63,417 nt of DNA, filler included, from Octopus bimaculoides (GCF_001194135.2; 4 parts of 4 records of this genome joined end to end with filler, not necessarily neighbours in it); one strand, 5' to 3'. Shown: positions 1-12,837, counted from the whole stretch's first letter. Notes: generated by a model from the sequence alone, not told the origin. Translations and numbers: made by a program.

Positions 1-575
1 TATATATATATATATATATATATATGTACAAAAGTACATGTCAAGTTATAAGACTCAGTGGGATAAAAATATCCGAGATTAGACTTGTTGAATACCTAAC
101 AATATAAGCAGATATATATTTATATATTATTAATATTGTAAAAAAAGTATAAAAGCGAAGATTGAGATAAGATAAATATCATTTTAATAATACAATGACA
201 AAATCCGACGTACAATTGTTTCAGTTCTTTATCTGCACTATAAAATCAACCAATCATAATTTAATTTAACTAAATCAATTTAGTTAATTGCTACGAGAGA
301 GAATATCTTCAGAAAATAATTTACAAGGAAGTTCATCAAACTTAAAATGTAATGAAACTATTACGAAGGAAGAATACAGTGTACCATTAAAGTTAAAAAT
401 ATATACATGAATATTCTGTATTCTTCCTTTTTAATTTTCTCATTATGTTTTAAATCTGATAAATTTCTTTGTACGTCCTTTCCTGTAGATATTCTCACTT
501 GTAGTAATTAACTAAATTGGCTTAGAAATAATAAATTTCTAAAATCCTTCAGGTATATGAAGTATGTAGCAGGAT

Positions 576-979
576 AAAGTATAGAATGTTGTCAACGTAA
601 TGTGATAGTCCCATAAAAGGGAAGAATGCTACTTTTATTTAGCACTGGGAATCACCAGTTCTTGTTGGTTTTGACACATTTCCTGCGTCCTTATATTGTC
701 AAAGGGAAAACAAGTACCTTCACAAAGCAAAACCAGCATCCAGAGACTAGTTTCAGAGGCATTGTTCATCATTAGCCTGGAGTAGCATGGCTTACTAGCT
801 GTCGATACTGCTACTGCAGAAATCTCTCTGAGAGATTTAGAAATATATTATTTCTAAACATAAGGACACAAGAAATGTGTCAAGTCCAACAGGAAACGGT
901 GCTTCCTAATACTAAATAACAGTAGCATTCTTCCCTTTTATGGGACTGTCGCATTAAATTGACAACATGCTATCACTTT
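576..979. mobile_element. MITE-like element with ~120-bp terminal inverted repeats
   Basis: 576-694 is the reverse complement of 860-979 (shared core GTCCCATAAAAGGGAAGAATGCTAC, roughly 80-85% identity by eye) around a ~165-bp spacer; no clear TSD. Confidence 0.7.
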
Positions 980-1110
980 AAATTGCTTTATTAAATTCAA
1001 TTCAATTTAATTGATCTTATGTTGCAAGTGAGGAATTGAAACAATTGAAGGTCTGGGCTTGTCAATATATTAATATTTTAAAATTAATCTTATCTCCATT
1101 TTTTCTCTTG

Positions 1111-1146
<36 letters not shown>

Positions 1147-1154
1147 TAACAGTA

Positions 1155-1320
1155 ACTGTAACTTCGTCGGTCACGACAATGAGTGTTCTAGAACGACGGA
1201 AAAGTTGCATGCAAGAGTCTTGATGTATGCGTAACTTTACCGTAGTTTTCGGAGAGATTTAGTGTGATACAGAATGTGACGATGCTGGCCCTTTCAAATA
1301 CAGGCACTACGAATTTTTCC
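1155..1320 (-). mobile_element. Degenerate SINE fragment related to family C 3' half
   Basis: GCTGGCCCTTTCAAATACAGGCAC and upstream sequence align with 26060-26185. Confidence 0.5.
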
Positions 1321-1640
1321 TAGATGATTGGACTGGAGCGGCTTGATCAAGGATACATTGCGCTGCCGGGTATATATATATATATATATACATATATACA
1401 TATGTGTGTGTGCGTCTGTGTGTGTATAAGGCGAACTTAACACAGAGACGCATTAGTTCACATTTTTCTCCAGTTGTCTTTTTATAAAACGCATTTAACG
1501 AAGTAGTTGAAAGTTTTTGAAATTCTGTATTGTTCTTAATGTTCGAGCAAATTCTTTGTTAGAAAGTCTCTCAATAAGCGATGACTTTCAAACTATATAT
1601 CAGAAAATGCGCACGCAACATTCTCTCGTTATATCATAAT

Positions 1641-1856
1641 ATTCTTTTCTACTTTAGGCACAAGACCCGAAATTTTGGAGGAGGGAGCCAGTGGATTAGA
1701 TCGCGCCCAGTACGCAGCTGGTAGTTAATTCATCGACCTCAAAATGATGAAAAGCAAAGTCGACCTCGGTGGAATTTGATCTCCGAACCTAAAGACAGAC
1801 GAAATACCAATAAGCATTTCGCCCGGCGTGCTAACGTTTCTGCCAGCTTGCCGCCT
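1641..1856 (-). mobile_element. tRNA-derived SINE family B
   Basis: Minus strand starts GGCGGCAAGCTGGCAGAAACGTTAGC, then GGAGATCAAATTCC (B-box like) and GAGGTCGACTTTGCTTTTCATC...GATGAATTAACTACCAG; homologous copies elsewhere in window. Confidence 0.85.
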
Positions 1857-2211
1857 TGTTACAACCATATATTAACGACTATAATATGAAACACAAATCC
1901 GCTCCCACTTAATTGCAGCCAATACGCTAAGCTATTTTGTTTCAATTCCTTTTTTTTTTATTTGCTACGTAAATTATTTTTATTCTTTATAATCTGGTAA
2001 CATTTACATTTGATATCTAGAAGTTCAAAAGTGTATTTCTTATTCTGTTAGAAGCAGTATTTGAGTTGACATTACCTGAAACGCAAGATATACTCAACCA
2101 GTAACGGGATAAAAATGTTTCTTTGTGTCTGATAACTGGAATTTGCTAAATATCTGGCGATAGAATCTGATATTATTGCGTCTCGGTCGTTTGTACTATT
2201 CAGAATTTGAA

Positions 2212-2620
2212 TACTCTTTTTTTTACTCTTTTATTTGTATACATTTGACTGCGGCCATGCTGGAGCACCACCTTTTAGTCGAGTAAATCGACCCCATGAC
2301 TTATTCTTTGTAAGCCTAGTACTTATTCTATCGGAATATTTTGCCGAACCGCCAGGTTACGGGGAGGTAAACACACCAGCATCGGTTGTCAAGCGATGTT
2401 GGGGGACAAACACAGACACAAACACAGACACAAACATATACACACATACATATATACGACGAGCTTCTTTCAGTTTCCGTCTACCAAATCCACCTACAAG
2501 GCTTTGGTCGGCCCAGGGCTATAGTAGAATACACTTGCCCAAGTTGCCACGCAGTGGGACTGAATCCAGAACCATGTGGTTGGTAAGCAAGCTACTTACC
2601 ACACAGCCACTGCTGCGCCT
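2212..2620 (-). mobile_element. tRNA-derived SINE family A, full length
   Basis: Head GGCGCAGCAGTGGCTGTGTGG (A box), GGATTCAGTCC (B box), TTGGGCAAGTG core, internal TA/TG microsatellite, AAAAGAGT-type tail; >12 homologous copies in window. Confidence 0.9.
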
Positions 2621-4599
2621 GTTAGAAAATCCATAAACTTTGTTTAAAACTCATTTCTAATACCGAGTTTTAGCTCTTCTTTGAGTAGAGTTCCGAATAT
2701 TTAACCCATTTCCTGGTTTTGTCGTTTGCAACCCTAACTGCATGAGCTAATACATTCTAATATGCCCCGAGAATAAAATTATTTGAGAAACTGATGATTC
2801 ATTTTTTGAGCACCCAGAGTAACTCAAAATCATTTTGCAATTTCGTGTTACCCTATACAACGATGAAAGACTTATAACGTATGTGCTAATTACATGAACA
2901 CACACCTAATAACAACCGGTTGCGACATCTAACGTCATATTACAAACTTCAGAAAGTGTCTGCACGTATCGAGAATTGGAATATATCTGCAAGAATGTAA
3001 CTAAGAGAATTGTTTCTTGTGCAGATGTAGAACACTCTAATATTATAGAAGTTGCGTATTTCTGACATACAAAAATACCATTGCAGCTATGATGTACACA
3101 ATACAGATACACACACACGCATATGCGCGTAAACACACGTACATATACACACACTCACATACACACATATATAGACACTTATTCAGAAACGTGTTCCAGT
3201 TGCCTGTAAAATCATGTTTGGTGTATACGTTTCAAAATTGTACAGAAGGAAGTGTAATTATAAAATGGTGGAGGCAACGAAAGAAAGATGAGTGCAACAA
3301 AGAGGAAATTACTGACCACTGATATTAATATTTTTGGTAAGACAGAACATCATTTCATTGCTGATGGAATTAAATGAAAATTATAATTCACATACATTTC
3401 ACGCACGATTATATTCCCATTAAAATCCTCTTGCAAATCTGTATTCCAGGGAATGGGAATGCTTTTAATACACTGAGACATGCAATAAAATAATTTTAAA
3501 TATTTTCTGGCAGATTCGGTCGTCTTCTGGAGTCCACGTCTGCTTCTCCGACCTGCGATTCAATATATGGGGAGAAATTATATGGCGCACAGTGCTATTC
3601 CTGTTTTAACATTTTATAAGCGTAAGAGCGACATGCAAATCATGAAGAGTAATCACACCAATGTCAATGTCATCTGATATCATAAGTGCTGCTAAATGAT
3701 ATGTGAGTCATCCCATTTGAAAATGTCAAGCTGCAAATTAAATCAAATAACGATTTCATTTCTTACACTGAAGTATTTTGAACAAATGCATTTATATACT
3801 TAATTTTGAAACCACTAATCTCTTCGAATGTGACCGGAATGAAGAAGCCCGTTTACACTTTACAAATTGTGACGCCAGTTAAATGACATTCAATAAATTT
3901 ATGAATAATGTTTCAAGTAATACCGTGATTATTCTATTAATATTCGGGGTTGAAAAAGAAAGATTCTACTTGATATTTGATATTTAACTTTAATTCTGTA
4001 ATTTCAGATTTTAATTAATTTTCTTTTAATTCATTACTCTCCTTTCATTAGAACGACGATTTTTTAAATTAGATTTTCATCAGGTAATATTTAAGATACG
4101 TTCAATTTTAATTAACTTTGTGCCGAAAGTTTTAATTCTTTTTTTTAAAATTTACTGCTATTTTTCCTGATAATATATGAGGTTCACCCAATAGGAATTA
4201 TGCTAGCCTTCGAGATATACTACTTTTTAATAAGATAATTCTAAACTTCATTTCAATTACAATTATTTTACCTATTTATCTCGTGCTAATTCCTACATAA
4301 CATTAATTATATATCTTAAAGAACTTGAATTTTCTTCACTGGTCCCACTCCTTCAAACGTAATAATGATTTCAAATTTAAACACCTATTCACCGCCCTTA
4401 AATTATCAACTTCTACGTTAACCCTTTTCATTTGCATCCTCATAATTTTTACTTTATGCGCAATTCTTACGATTCCTGGTTGACAATAAAATATGCGCTC
4501 TAAAGATGCTGTCATAAATTACATTTGAATATGATTAATTACTCGAATACAGCAGTCTGCCAGAATCCTGAACACACCACGCAAATGCTTACCTGTGTT

Positions 4600-4750
4600 T
4601 TACTCGTCTTTACTTCGGAGTCCACGTTCTGCCGAGGCCGAGTATACCTTTCATCCTTTGTGTCCATAAAATAAGTAGCAGTTGAATATCAGGGTCGATG
4701 TAATCGACTTACCATCGCCCTCGGAAATTCTGGTCTTCCGAGAAAATTTG
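4600..4750 (+). mobile_element. SINE family B remnant
   Basis: GCCGAGGCCGAGTATACCTTTCATCCTTT...GGGTCGATGTAATCGACT aligns with family B core. Confidence 0.65.
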
Positions 4751-5207
4751 ATATCAATATTGTTAATTCTTCGCCGTACCATATCTTCTGGTGACATGTG
4801 CTGGACGTTAACTTTTCGCGTAAAATTGTATCTGCTGTAAATTTTCTGAAAATATTTTAAACTACAAACATGCAATTAATTCTCTCAATCTGTTTATCAA
4901 CAACCGTGCAATTCAGGAGCGTTGTTGTAAGTGAAATATCAAGCTACCAATTCATTTTAATATCGTTTTATGTGTGTGAGTGTGCAACGTGTACTCGAAC
5001 AGAGAATAAATTAGTCCTGGATTGGATATTTTCATTTGTTTCTCTTCAGGATTCTGCATATCTTCAGTTATTCTTTTACATGAAAACAGCGTTGAATTCC
5101 ATCTGGAGAGATTATGTCGTAAAACGTTTATCGCTTAGTATTTCACCGGGCGTACTAACGTTTCTGCCACAGTGTCGCCTTCCAATGTTAAAATATTGTT
5201 ACTGTTT

Positions 5208-5870
5208 ATATGTTAGATAAATGAATATATTGTGGCCCTAGCAGCAAAGCTAAAGAAAGCAGAAAAAAGCTGCTTGGCACGAGTTGACCTTGATATCTGT
5301 TGTGTCTGCACTCTAAGCTGTAACGTACTAGCTCACTTCCGCTGTTCACAGCCGTGCTTGGAAGGAAGGTGCGTAGCATGTGATCGTAACATTGACAATG
5401 ACAGAGATAGTTGCGGAGAGAATCTGCATCAAAGTTTGGCAAAAGCTTGGCGATATCCACTCAGAGGCCTACGCAAAGTTTTCAAAATTTTTTATCGTTC
5501 TTCACACAATCATGGAGATTTCGTACAACTGAAATACGAGTATCGTTTTGACCAGAAGTTTTGGCACAAATTTGTCAGACACGCGTCTCATATCTAAATC
5601 TTCAGTGATAATGGGCTGAACTAATTACTAATCTGCACATCTAATAACTCACGGATGGTGATTCAACGATTTACCCTCACAGCTGCAACAACATCTGCAA
5701 TATTTTTCTCAGTTGTGTTTGTTACGTGTCTCCCGGACTTTCGTCAATATGGACATTGTTTCGACCATATTGGAAACATCTGAACCACTCGTACACCTGT
5801 GTGCGGCTCATACACTCTTATCCATGCACTTTCTGCAACCTTCTGTGGACCTCTTTACAGGTATCGCCAT
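5208..5870. mobile_element. Rearranged mariner relic: 5' end (+) fused to inverted transposase segment (-)
   Basis: Plus: MTEIVAERICIKVWQKLGDIHSEAYAK (~5397-5485). Minus: MSRTQVYEWFRCF...ITIREL...ITEDLDMRRVSDKFVPKLL, the mariner HTH and linker motifs. Confidence 0.8.
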
Positions 5871-6917
5871 AAATCATGAGTAAAGTATTAAATTATTGCC
5901 CTTGAACACGGCAACAGCACTGCGATCCTCTGAGGGGGTTTGGTATCAATTCGGTCAAATCTATAACCGGGTAACTGGCCTCACAATTCCTATGGATCGC
6001 GAAAGATATCCGAAATTGAAATTATTTTTGTGCCCTTATCTAAAATGTAGAAATATTTCCAAATATTATTACGGTACTGTTTAAATCTTGGCGCAAAAAA
6101 TAAAAGATATCCAATTTTACACCAACGAAAATATCTCGTAATGATTCGATCGTAGATTCAGTGACAACTGACATCACCTTCAGTGTGCCAAATAATATGA
6201 AATGTAATATGGATATGTCAGGCTATTTATAAAGGAATACATGTTCTTTCAGGGATGACAATATTTGTGAATACCTAAATACCATCCAGAAACATAAAAA
6301 TGCAAAATTGTACAGAATTTTTTTATAAACCAATATCATATTTATTACTTTATTTATTATTTATTCATTAAATATCATATTGAAGTGCATTTTTCAAATC
6401 AGTGACAACTATACATAATCGGAAAACAAATTAAGAAACAAATCTACAGAAAGAGGAGAAATTTATTTAGAGATGTACCGGAAAATCACCTTGCGTATCC
6501 GTTGTGATTAAAAACAGCAATGATTTCTTTAAGAAAAAGAGCTTCATTTCCAAACCAAGAATATTCCATGAACTACGCAATAATGCAAAAAAAAAAAAAT
6601 AGGAAACAATGCTAGTGAAGTTCACAGAGAGCAAAGGCAGAAAAAACGGACGCGATTGTTCAAAGGTATTAAGCACAGCAGCTACGTTTATGTAATACGA
6701 GAGGAGGCCATATAAAATCGGGAAATAGTCGAGATTCTGAAATAAAAAGCGAACAAAAGGAAACTAACAGGAAACACTATAATCTCAAGATTCATGTTGA
6801 ATCTTTTTAACAAAAACTCAAAGTACAAGGAGGAATTTTCAATAGTTTTCAATAAACCCCGTAAGCAATATCTCATAGAGTAACTATTGAAATTATTCAC
6901 TAGACATAATACTGCTA

Positions 6918-6965
<48 letters not shown>

Positions 6966-6976
6966 TATAATTATAA

Positions 6977-7166
6977 TAGTTACAAATTTTGCTACAAGGG
7001 CAACCATGTTGGAGAAGGAATGAGTCGATTACATCGACTCCAGTGTTCATTTGGTACTTAATTTATCGATCCGCAAAGTCGACCTCTGCGGAATTTAAAC
7101 TCGGAACTTAAGGGAAGAGGAAATACCGATAGGCATTTCGTTCGGCGTTCTAACTATTCTGCTAGA
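6977..7166 (-). mobile_element. SINE family B
   Basis: Aligns with 1641-1856 and 34501-34716; lies between two (AAT)n tracts. Confidence 0.8.
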
Positions 7167-7170
7167 TTAC

Positions 7171-7221
<51 letters not shown>

Positions 7222-7222
<1 letters not shown>

Positions 7223-7400
7223 TTCTCTCTTTCTCTCTGTCTTTCTGCCTCTTTTTCTCTATCGCATGACTATGTAAATGAACAATCTGGTGTATTTATT
7301 TTAATGGTATACCAATATATAGAAAGCGTTTCTATACCCTGAGTGTCAGGCGGATACTCGGCAAGAAATGGAAATATAATTAAAAAATGATGATAACGAT
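7222..7400 (+). mobile_element. R4/Dong-type 3' UTR fragment (copy 1), ending in (AAT)n
   Basis: Highly similar to 9092-9268; shares the GCGTTTCT..CCCT.AGTGT...ACTCGGC.AGAAATGG motif with the 3' UTRs at ~9000 and ~9600. Confidence 0.6.
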
Positions 7401-7453
7401 AATAATAATAATAATAATAATAATAACAGGCATGATAGAGCTGCACAATATAT

Positions 7454-8546
7454 NNNNNNNNNNACAGAGAAAAATCCCAGCAATGGTTGAGAAGCTCAGG
7501 ACTCAAAGCAGAGACTGAAGGATTTTTAATTGCTGCGCAAAAACCAAAGCCTCCCCACCAGAAGTTACCAAAAACATATAATGAAAAGAAACATAACAAG
7601 TAACTGCAGAATATGTGGAGATGGACAAGAAACAATAAATCATATTATTTCTGGCTGCCCAGTCCTGNNNNNNNNNNNNNNNNNNNNNNNNNNNNNNNNN
7701 NNNNNNNNNNNNNNNNNNNNNNNNNNNNNNNNNNNNNNNNNNNNNNNNNNNNNNNNNNNNNNNNNNNNNNNNNNNNNNNNNNNNNNNNNNNNNNNNNNNN
7801 NNNNNNNNNNNNNNNNNNNNNNNNNNNNNNNNNNNNNNNNNNNNNNNNNNNNNNNNNNNNNNNNNNNNNNNNNNNNNNNNNNNNNNNNNNNNNNNNNNNN
7901 NNNNNNNNNNNNNNNNNNNNNNNNNNNNNNNNNNNNNNNNNNNNNNNNNNNNNNNNNNNNNNNNNNNNNNNNNNNNNNNNNNNNNNNNNNNNNNNNNNNN
8001 NNNNNNNNNNNNNNNNNNNNNNNNNNNNNNNNNNNNNNNNNNNNNNNNNNNNNNNNNNNNNNNNNNNNNNNNNNNNNNNNNNNNNNNNNNNNNNNNNNNN
8101 NNNNNNNNNNNNNNNNNNNNNNNNNNNNNNNNNNNNNNNNNNNNNNNNNNNNNNNNNNNNNNNNNNNNNNNNNNNNNNNNNNNNNNNNNNNNNNNNNNNN
8201 NNNGAAGAAAAAATATACTTTCTAATTGATGTATCAATACCAGCAGATGACAACGTTTCTCTAAAAGAAATGGAGAAACTATCAAAATACAAAGACCTGG
8301 AAATAGAGGTAACTTGAATGTGGAATCTAAAAACAGAAACAATTCCTATTATAGTAGGCGCATTAGGTATAAAAAATATTCAGACAAATACATTACAAAA
8401 ACACCAGGCCTTACAAATATATATAACATACATAAAATTGCACTACTGGGCACTGGACACATCCTACACAAAACACTTTCAATACAGTAACCATAAGAGG
8501 ATCACAACAAACCACAGCACATACCCAAGGCACACAGAGAAAATGC
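7454..8546 (+). mobile_element. R4/Dong-clade non-LTR retrotransposon fragment (CCHC finger plus RLE endonuclease), gapped
   Basis: CRICGDGQETINHIISGC zinc knuckle; FLIDVSIPADDNVSLKEMEKLSKYKDL RLE motif; TIPIIVGALG; stops and frameshifts. Confidence 0.85.
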
Positions 8547-9091
8547 GTCAATTCTGTGGGACTTCCCCGTACATTCCGACAAAACTATAAAGGTTAATAA
8601 ACCAGATATTATTATAAAAGATCAGACATAGAAGATGTGTTTATTAATTGACATGAGTTTTCCTTGCGATCATAATATAGCGGCGAAAGAATTTGACAAG
8701 ATCAGTAAATATAAAGACATGCTAAAAGAAATTGGAAAAATGTGACACCTCAAGGCGACTACCGTACCAGTGATTGTAGGATTTCTAGGGATGATAAAAA
8801 AAAAGGTACTGAAATTTATTTCAAAATGATGTCAGGCTTTACATCTCTACAGGAAGTGCAAAAAATCGTGTTAACTGGAACGACTCATGCACTGAGAAGA
8901 GCATTATCGCTGTAAAAACAACATACATTCATTTATTTATTTTATTTATTTATTTTTTAAATACATATTTTACCTGTGAATTTGCGTGTGTAAACTGGGA
9001 ATGCATACAATGCTCTAGGTGTACGGAAAACACTCGGCGAGAAATGGAAGACAATTTGATGAAAGAGAAAAAAACAGCATAATAATAATAA
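8547..9091 (+). mobile_element. R4/Dong-clade 3' fragment (RLE, 3' UTR, (AAT)n)
   Basis: ILWDFPVHSDKTIKVNKPDIIIKDQ..CLLIDMSFPCDHNIAAKEFDKISKYKD...LQEVQKIVLTGTTHALRRALSL*. Confidence 0.85.
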
Positions 9092-9268
9092 TATTCTTTC
9101 TTTCTGTCTGTCTTTCTGCCTCTTTTTCTCTATCGCGTGACTGTAAATGAACAATCTGGTGTATTTATTTTAATGGCCTACCAATGTATAGAATGCGTTT
9201 CTCTGCCCTAAGTGTCAGGAGGATACTCGGCAAGAAATGGAAACGTAATTAAAAAAAGATAATAACGA
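9092..9268 (+). mobile_element. R4/Dong-type 3' UTR fragment (copy 2)
   Basis: Near-duplicate of 7222-7400, bounded by (AAT)n. Confidence 0.6.
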
Positions 9269-9270
9269 TG

Positions 9271-9336
<66 letters not shown>

Positions 9337-9338
<2 letters not shown>

Positions 9339-9680
9339 CCGGATATTATCATAAAAGATCAGACAAAGAAGACGTGTTTATTAATTGACATGAGTATTCC
9401 CTGTGATCATAATATAACGGCGAAAGAATTTGACAAGATCAGTAAATNNNNNNNNNNTCTCTACAGGAGGTGCAAAAAATCGTGCTAACTGGAACGACTC
9501 ATGTACTAAGAAGAGCATTATCGCTGTGAAAACAACATCCATTCATGTTTTACCTATAAATTTGCGTGTGTAAATTGGGAATGCATACAACGTTTCTCTG
9601 CCCTAGGTGTACGGAAAACACTCGGCGAGAAATGGGAATAAATTTGAAGAAAGAAGAAAAAAAAACATAATAATAACAAT
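9337..9680 (+). mobile_element. R4/Dong-clade 5'-truncated copy, same family as 8547-9091
   Basis: KPDIIIKDQTKKTCLLIDMSIPCDHNITAKEFDKISK; same 3' UTR; starts directly after (AAT)n. Confidence 0.85.
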
Positions 9681-9699
9681 AATAATATAAAGAAATAAT

Positions 9700-10395
9700 C
9701 TGCCAGAAAAAAGTAGAGCTTGTGAAACTTGGAACAAGACGGTGGCACACATTGTAGAAGAGCGCCCCAAGTCGACACTGGAAGAATATAAGATGTGGAG
9801 GTACGACTAGGTTGTAAATGTTTTACACTGGAAAATGTGCCAGAAATAAGAATTTGAAGCTGAAAACATATGGTACAATCACCGAGTCGAAAGCGTACTT
9901 GAGCCGAGAAATGTATGATTGTGTGGGACTTACCAATTCAAACGGAAAAGAAGTTAGAAAATTATAGACGAAACATAACAATTACAGATAAGGAAAAGCG
10001 AAGTCGCTTACGTATCTACACATCATGCCTATTTGATTCTAGGGTCCTAAAGAAAGAGGGCGAAAAACAAAACAAAAATATACAATCCCTTAAGATCTGA
10101 AATACGAAGAATTTGGAGCATGAGAACAATAAAAGTCATGATTGCAATAATAAGTGTGCTCGGAAACATAAACAAAGATAAAGATAAATGGCTGAAAGAT
10201 ATTGGAATAAAATACGCGGTAGAGTTCCTAAGGAAAGTTTATCTCTTAGGGACAGGGATTGTCAGGAATGTTCTATGCATTTGAAAGGCAGCTGATAATT
10301 TGTGGATACATAACGTAACATATTGTAACCCACTACCCTTTTAGATACTACTACGATAAAGACCGAATCTGAGCCAAACCAAAATAATAATAAAG
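9700..10395 (+). mobile_element. Older R4/Dong-clade fragment (finger, RLE, C-terminus, 3' UTR)
   Basis: TVAHIV...VLHWKMCQK...WYNH...IVWDLPIQTEK...PLRSEIRRIWSM...LLGTGIVRNVL; ends AATAATAATA. Confidence 0.75.
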
Positions 10396-10454
10396 GCAAA
10401 CTCAGATCGTCTTTACATTCTCAGAGATGAAGGAGGTCGAGGCTTTATAGAATT

Positions 10455-10970
10455 TGAAATCCCTTAGAAAACCACCACAATTAGGTCACAACACCCAAAA
10501 CGTGCCACAGACAAACTGTATGTCCCAAGAAAAAGAGGAGTAAGAGGACTTATTGGATTCGAACACAGGATTAGAGTAGAAGAAAAACAACACAGCATGG
10601 TATGCAAAAAATGTCCCAGAACCGCTATTATTAGATGTAAGAGGATTAGGCTTGTATAGGATGAAAGATTGCAAAGATAAAGCCATTGAAAACGAATGAA
10701 ACTGAAATTGGGTGGGTAAAGAAAAGAATGTATGGTCAATTTCATAGGGATGTTGAAGATAAGACAGAATAAAAAAGATGGCTGTGAATGACTAAAAGTG
10801 ATTTAATACCGGAAGCGGAGGCTTTAATCTGTACTGCCCGAGAGCAAGTACTAAGTACAAACTATATAAAATACAGAATAGACAACACATCCGAAAGTGA
10901 TAAGTGCGGAATTTGTGGACAAAATGGTGAAACTGTATGGCATATTACCAGTCAATGTACGCCACTAGCC
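10455..10970 (+). mobile_element. R4/Dong-clade fragment (RT C-terminal region to CCHC finger)
   Basis: HPKRATDKLYVPRKRGVRGL; DLIPEAEALICTAREQVLSTNYIKYRID...CGICGQNGETVWHITSQC; ends in (CTT)n. Confidence 0.85.
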
Positions 10971-12524
10971 CTTCTTCTTCTTCTTCTTCTTCTTCTTCTT
11001 CTTGTTAAGTTTCGAAATAAAACCGAGGATTTCACCACATTGCATGCGGCAATTGACAAAATATAGAAAGTGTACTGTTTATAATAACTTCCATTAGAAA
11101 GGATATATTAACACGCACAATTGGAAAGGAAGCAAATATTTCTGCTGCCCGTACGTGAAATATATAATTTTTTACTTAAATATTTATTTATATACATTTG
11201 GATATATGAAAACGGTTTCAGAACATTTATTATCAGAATATAAATAATTCATTGAAAATTATCATTTACCACTTTGTTTCGATATATGGATCATCTTGCC
11301 ATAATATATCCCTGAAATGCTACGTTAATATTGTGCGGAAATATGATAAAGGAAGGAAAATATATCATTTGTCATTCATCACCTTCCAGATGTATTACAA
11401 GTACACGCACATAAATTTACACATGTGAGAGCTTTTATGAGGATGCTCGGCTTGCTAGCATTAGCAATGAAATATATTCTACCAGAAACATCCACTATAC
11501 TTCTAAAGACAGAAGTATTACGAGAAGCTTTTGTTTATGAAGAATTCGTGTGAGAATGGTAACACATACATATTGAGTTTAAATGCTTGAAAACGGAATA
11601 AATGATTTTAAAATAGCGTTCATAACTAAGTAATATTATTTCTTATTTTGGGACAAGTCTACCAATATTGTAGATATGGAAAATCGACTATAAGAGATAA
11701 TTATAAAAGATACTCTTTAACGCAGAAAAAAATACGCCAAGTGTGTTTATGATTCCACGACATTTTACTTAGCTCTACTTCTCACAACTAACCTGCTATA
11801 TGGAAACATCCGTGTATATAGATCATTGCGATAGGCTATAAATTGTCTCCCTTATATATCTGAAAACGCATTTCTAAATCTTGTAAAATTTTTGGTGTTA
11901 AACAAATTCGAAAGAGAACATCCCATTATTCCCCGTGTTCACACTGTAAATATAACTCAAACTATCGAAAATATGGTATTAGTAACACTAATGGTCCAAG
12001 CATCGACTATGTATCGATACATTTGGAAGAATTTGCTTAACAGCACAAAATGCGTGATAACAATGTAACTGGACCAGAAATATTACATTGTAAATGCAGA
12101 ATCAACATCGTCAGCCATATATTTTAAGTGATGTCAGCGAAGTCACGTTTATTTTATTTTCCAACATTTTACCAATAAATGATAGCTGAATAACACTGGC
12201 TTCTGTTATATGCCTAATGGTTAGCCAATAAAACACACAGTATAGAGGGAACAAGTGAAAATCTATGGAATAAAAATTAAGGTAATACGTTTTTATAAGA
12301 AGCACTTTGGGGTTTGGGAAATGTGCTTGCATAAGTTTAAACTAGGGAACTGCGCAAAAGAGAGTTATGAATGTAAAATTTAGGAATGCAAAAAGAGAGA
12401 CATATGTAGAAAACAATTATTGTTGAAGTTACATAAAGCTGAATATATTTATCTTACTTCACAATTATCTTGTGAATTCTCAGCTGACATAATTTGATAA
12501 ACCATACAAAAATTAATACCTTTT

Positions 12525-12750
12525 CTTTTACTTTTTACATATTTAAGTCATTGGACTACGGTCGTGCTGCAGCACAACTCTGAATTGTTTAGTATCACAA
12601 ATCCAACCCTGTACCATTTGTCAAGTGGCACAGGATTGCTAACGGAAAGACACAGACACACACAAGCACACATATGTACGCACATATATATGACGAACTT
12701 TCACATAATTTCTGTCCACCGTATTCAAGGCATTTATCGGCCTAAGTACT
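12525..12750 (-). mobile_element. Degenerate SINE family A
   Basis: GTCATTGGACTACGGTCGTGCTGCAGCAC and CAAGGCATTTATCGGCC align with family A. Confidence 0.6.
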
Positions 12751-12837
12751 AAACCTGGAAATATGAGATTCCAAAGCGAGCTTCTTGTGCAACCTTGCTG
12801 AAAGAAACGCATTGTCATTCTAACAAGCCAGTCATAT

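Noticed and set aside
3500-3625. GC-richer patch with splice-like signals (WTPEDDR Myb-like in one minus frame)
   Set aside because: Several open frames, no partner exons, no recognisable domain beyond seven residues.
4715-4850. Minus-strand AG...GTAAGT bounded segment
   Set aside because: The donor lies in a SINE B remnant and the peptide is unrecognisable.
11785-11855. Minus-strand 67-nt exon-like segment
   Set aside because: Stops in all three frames from the best acceptor.
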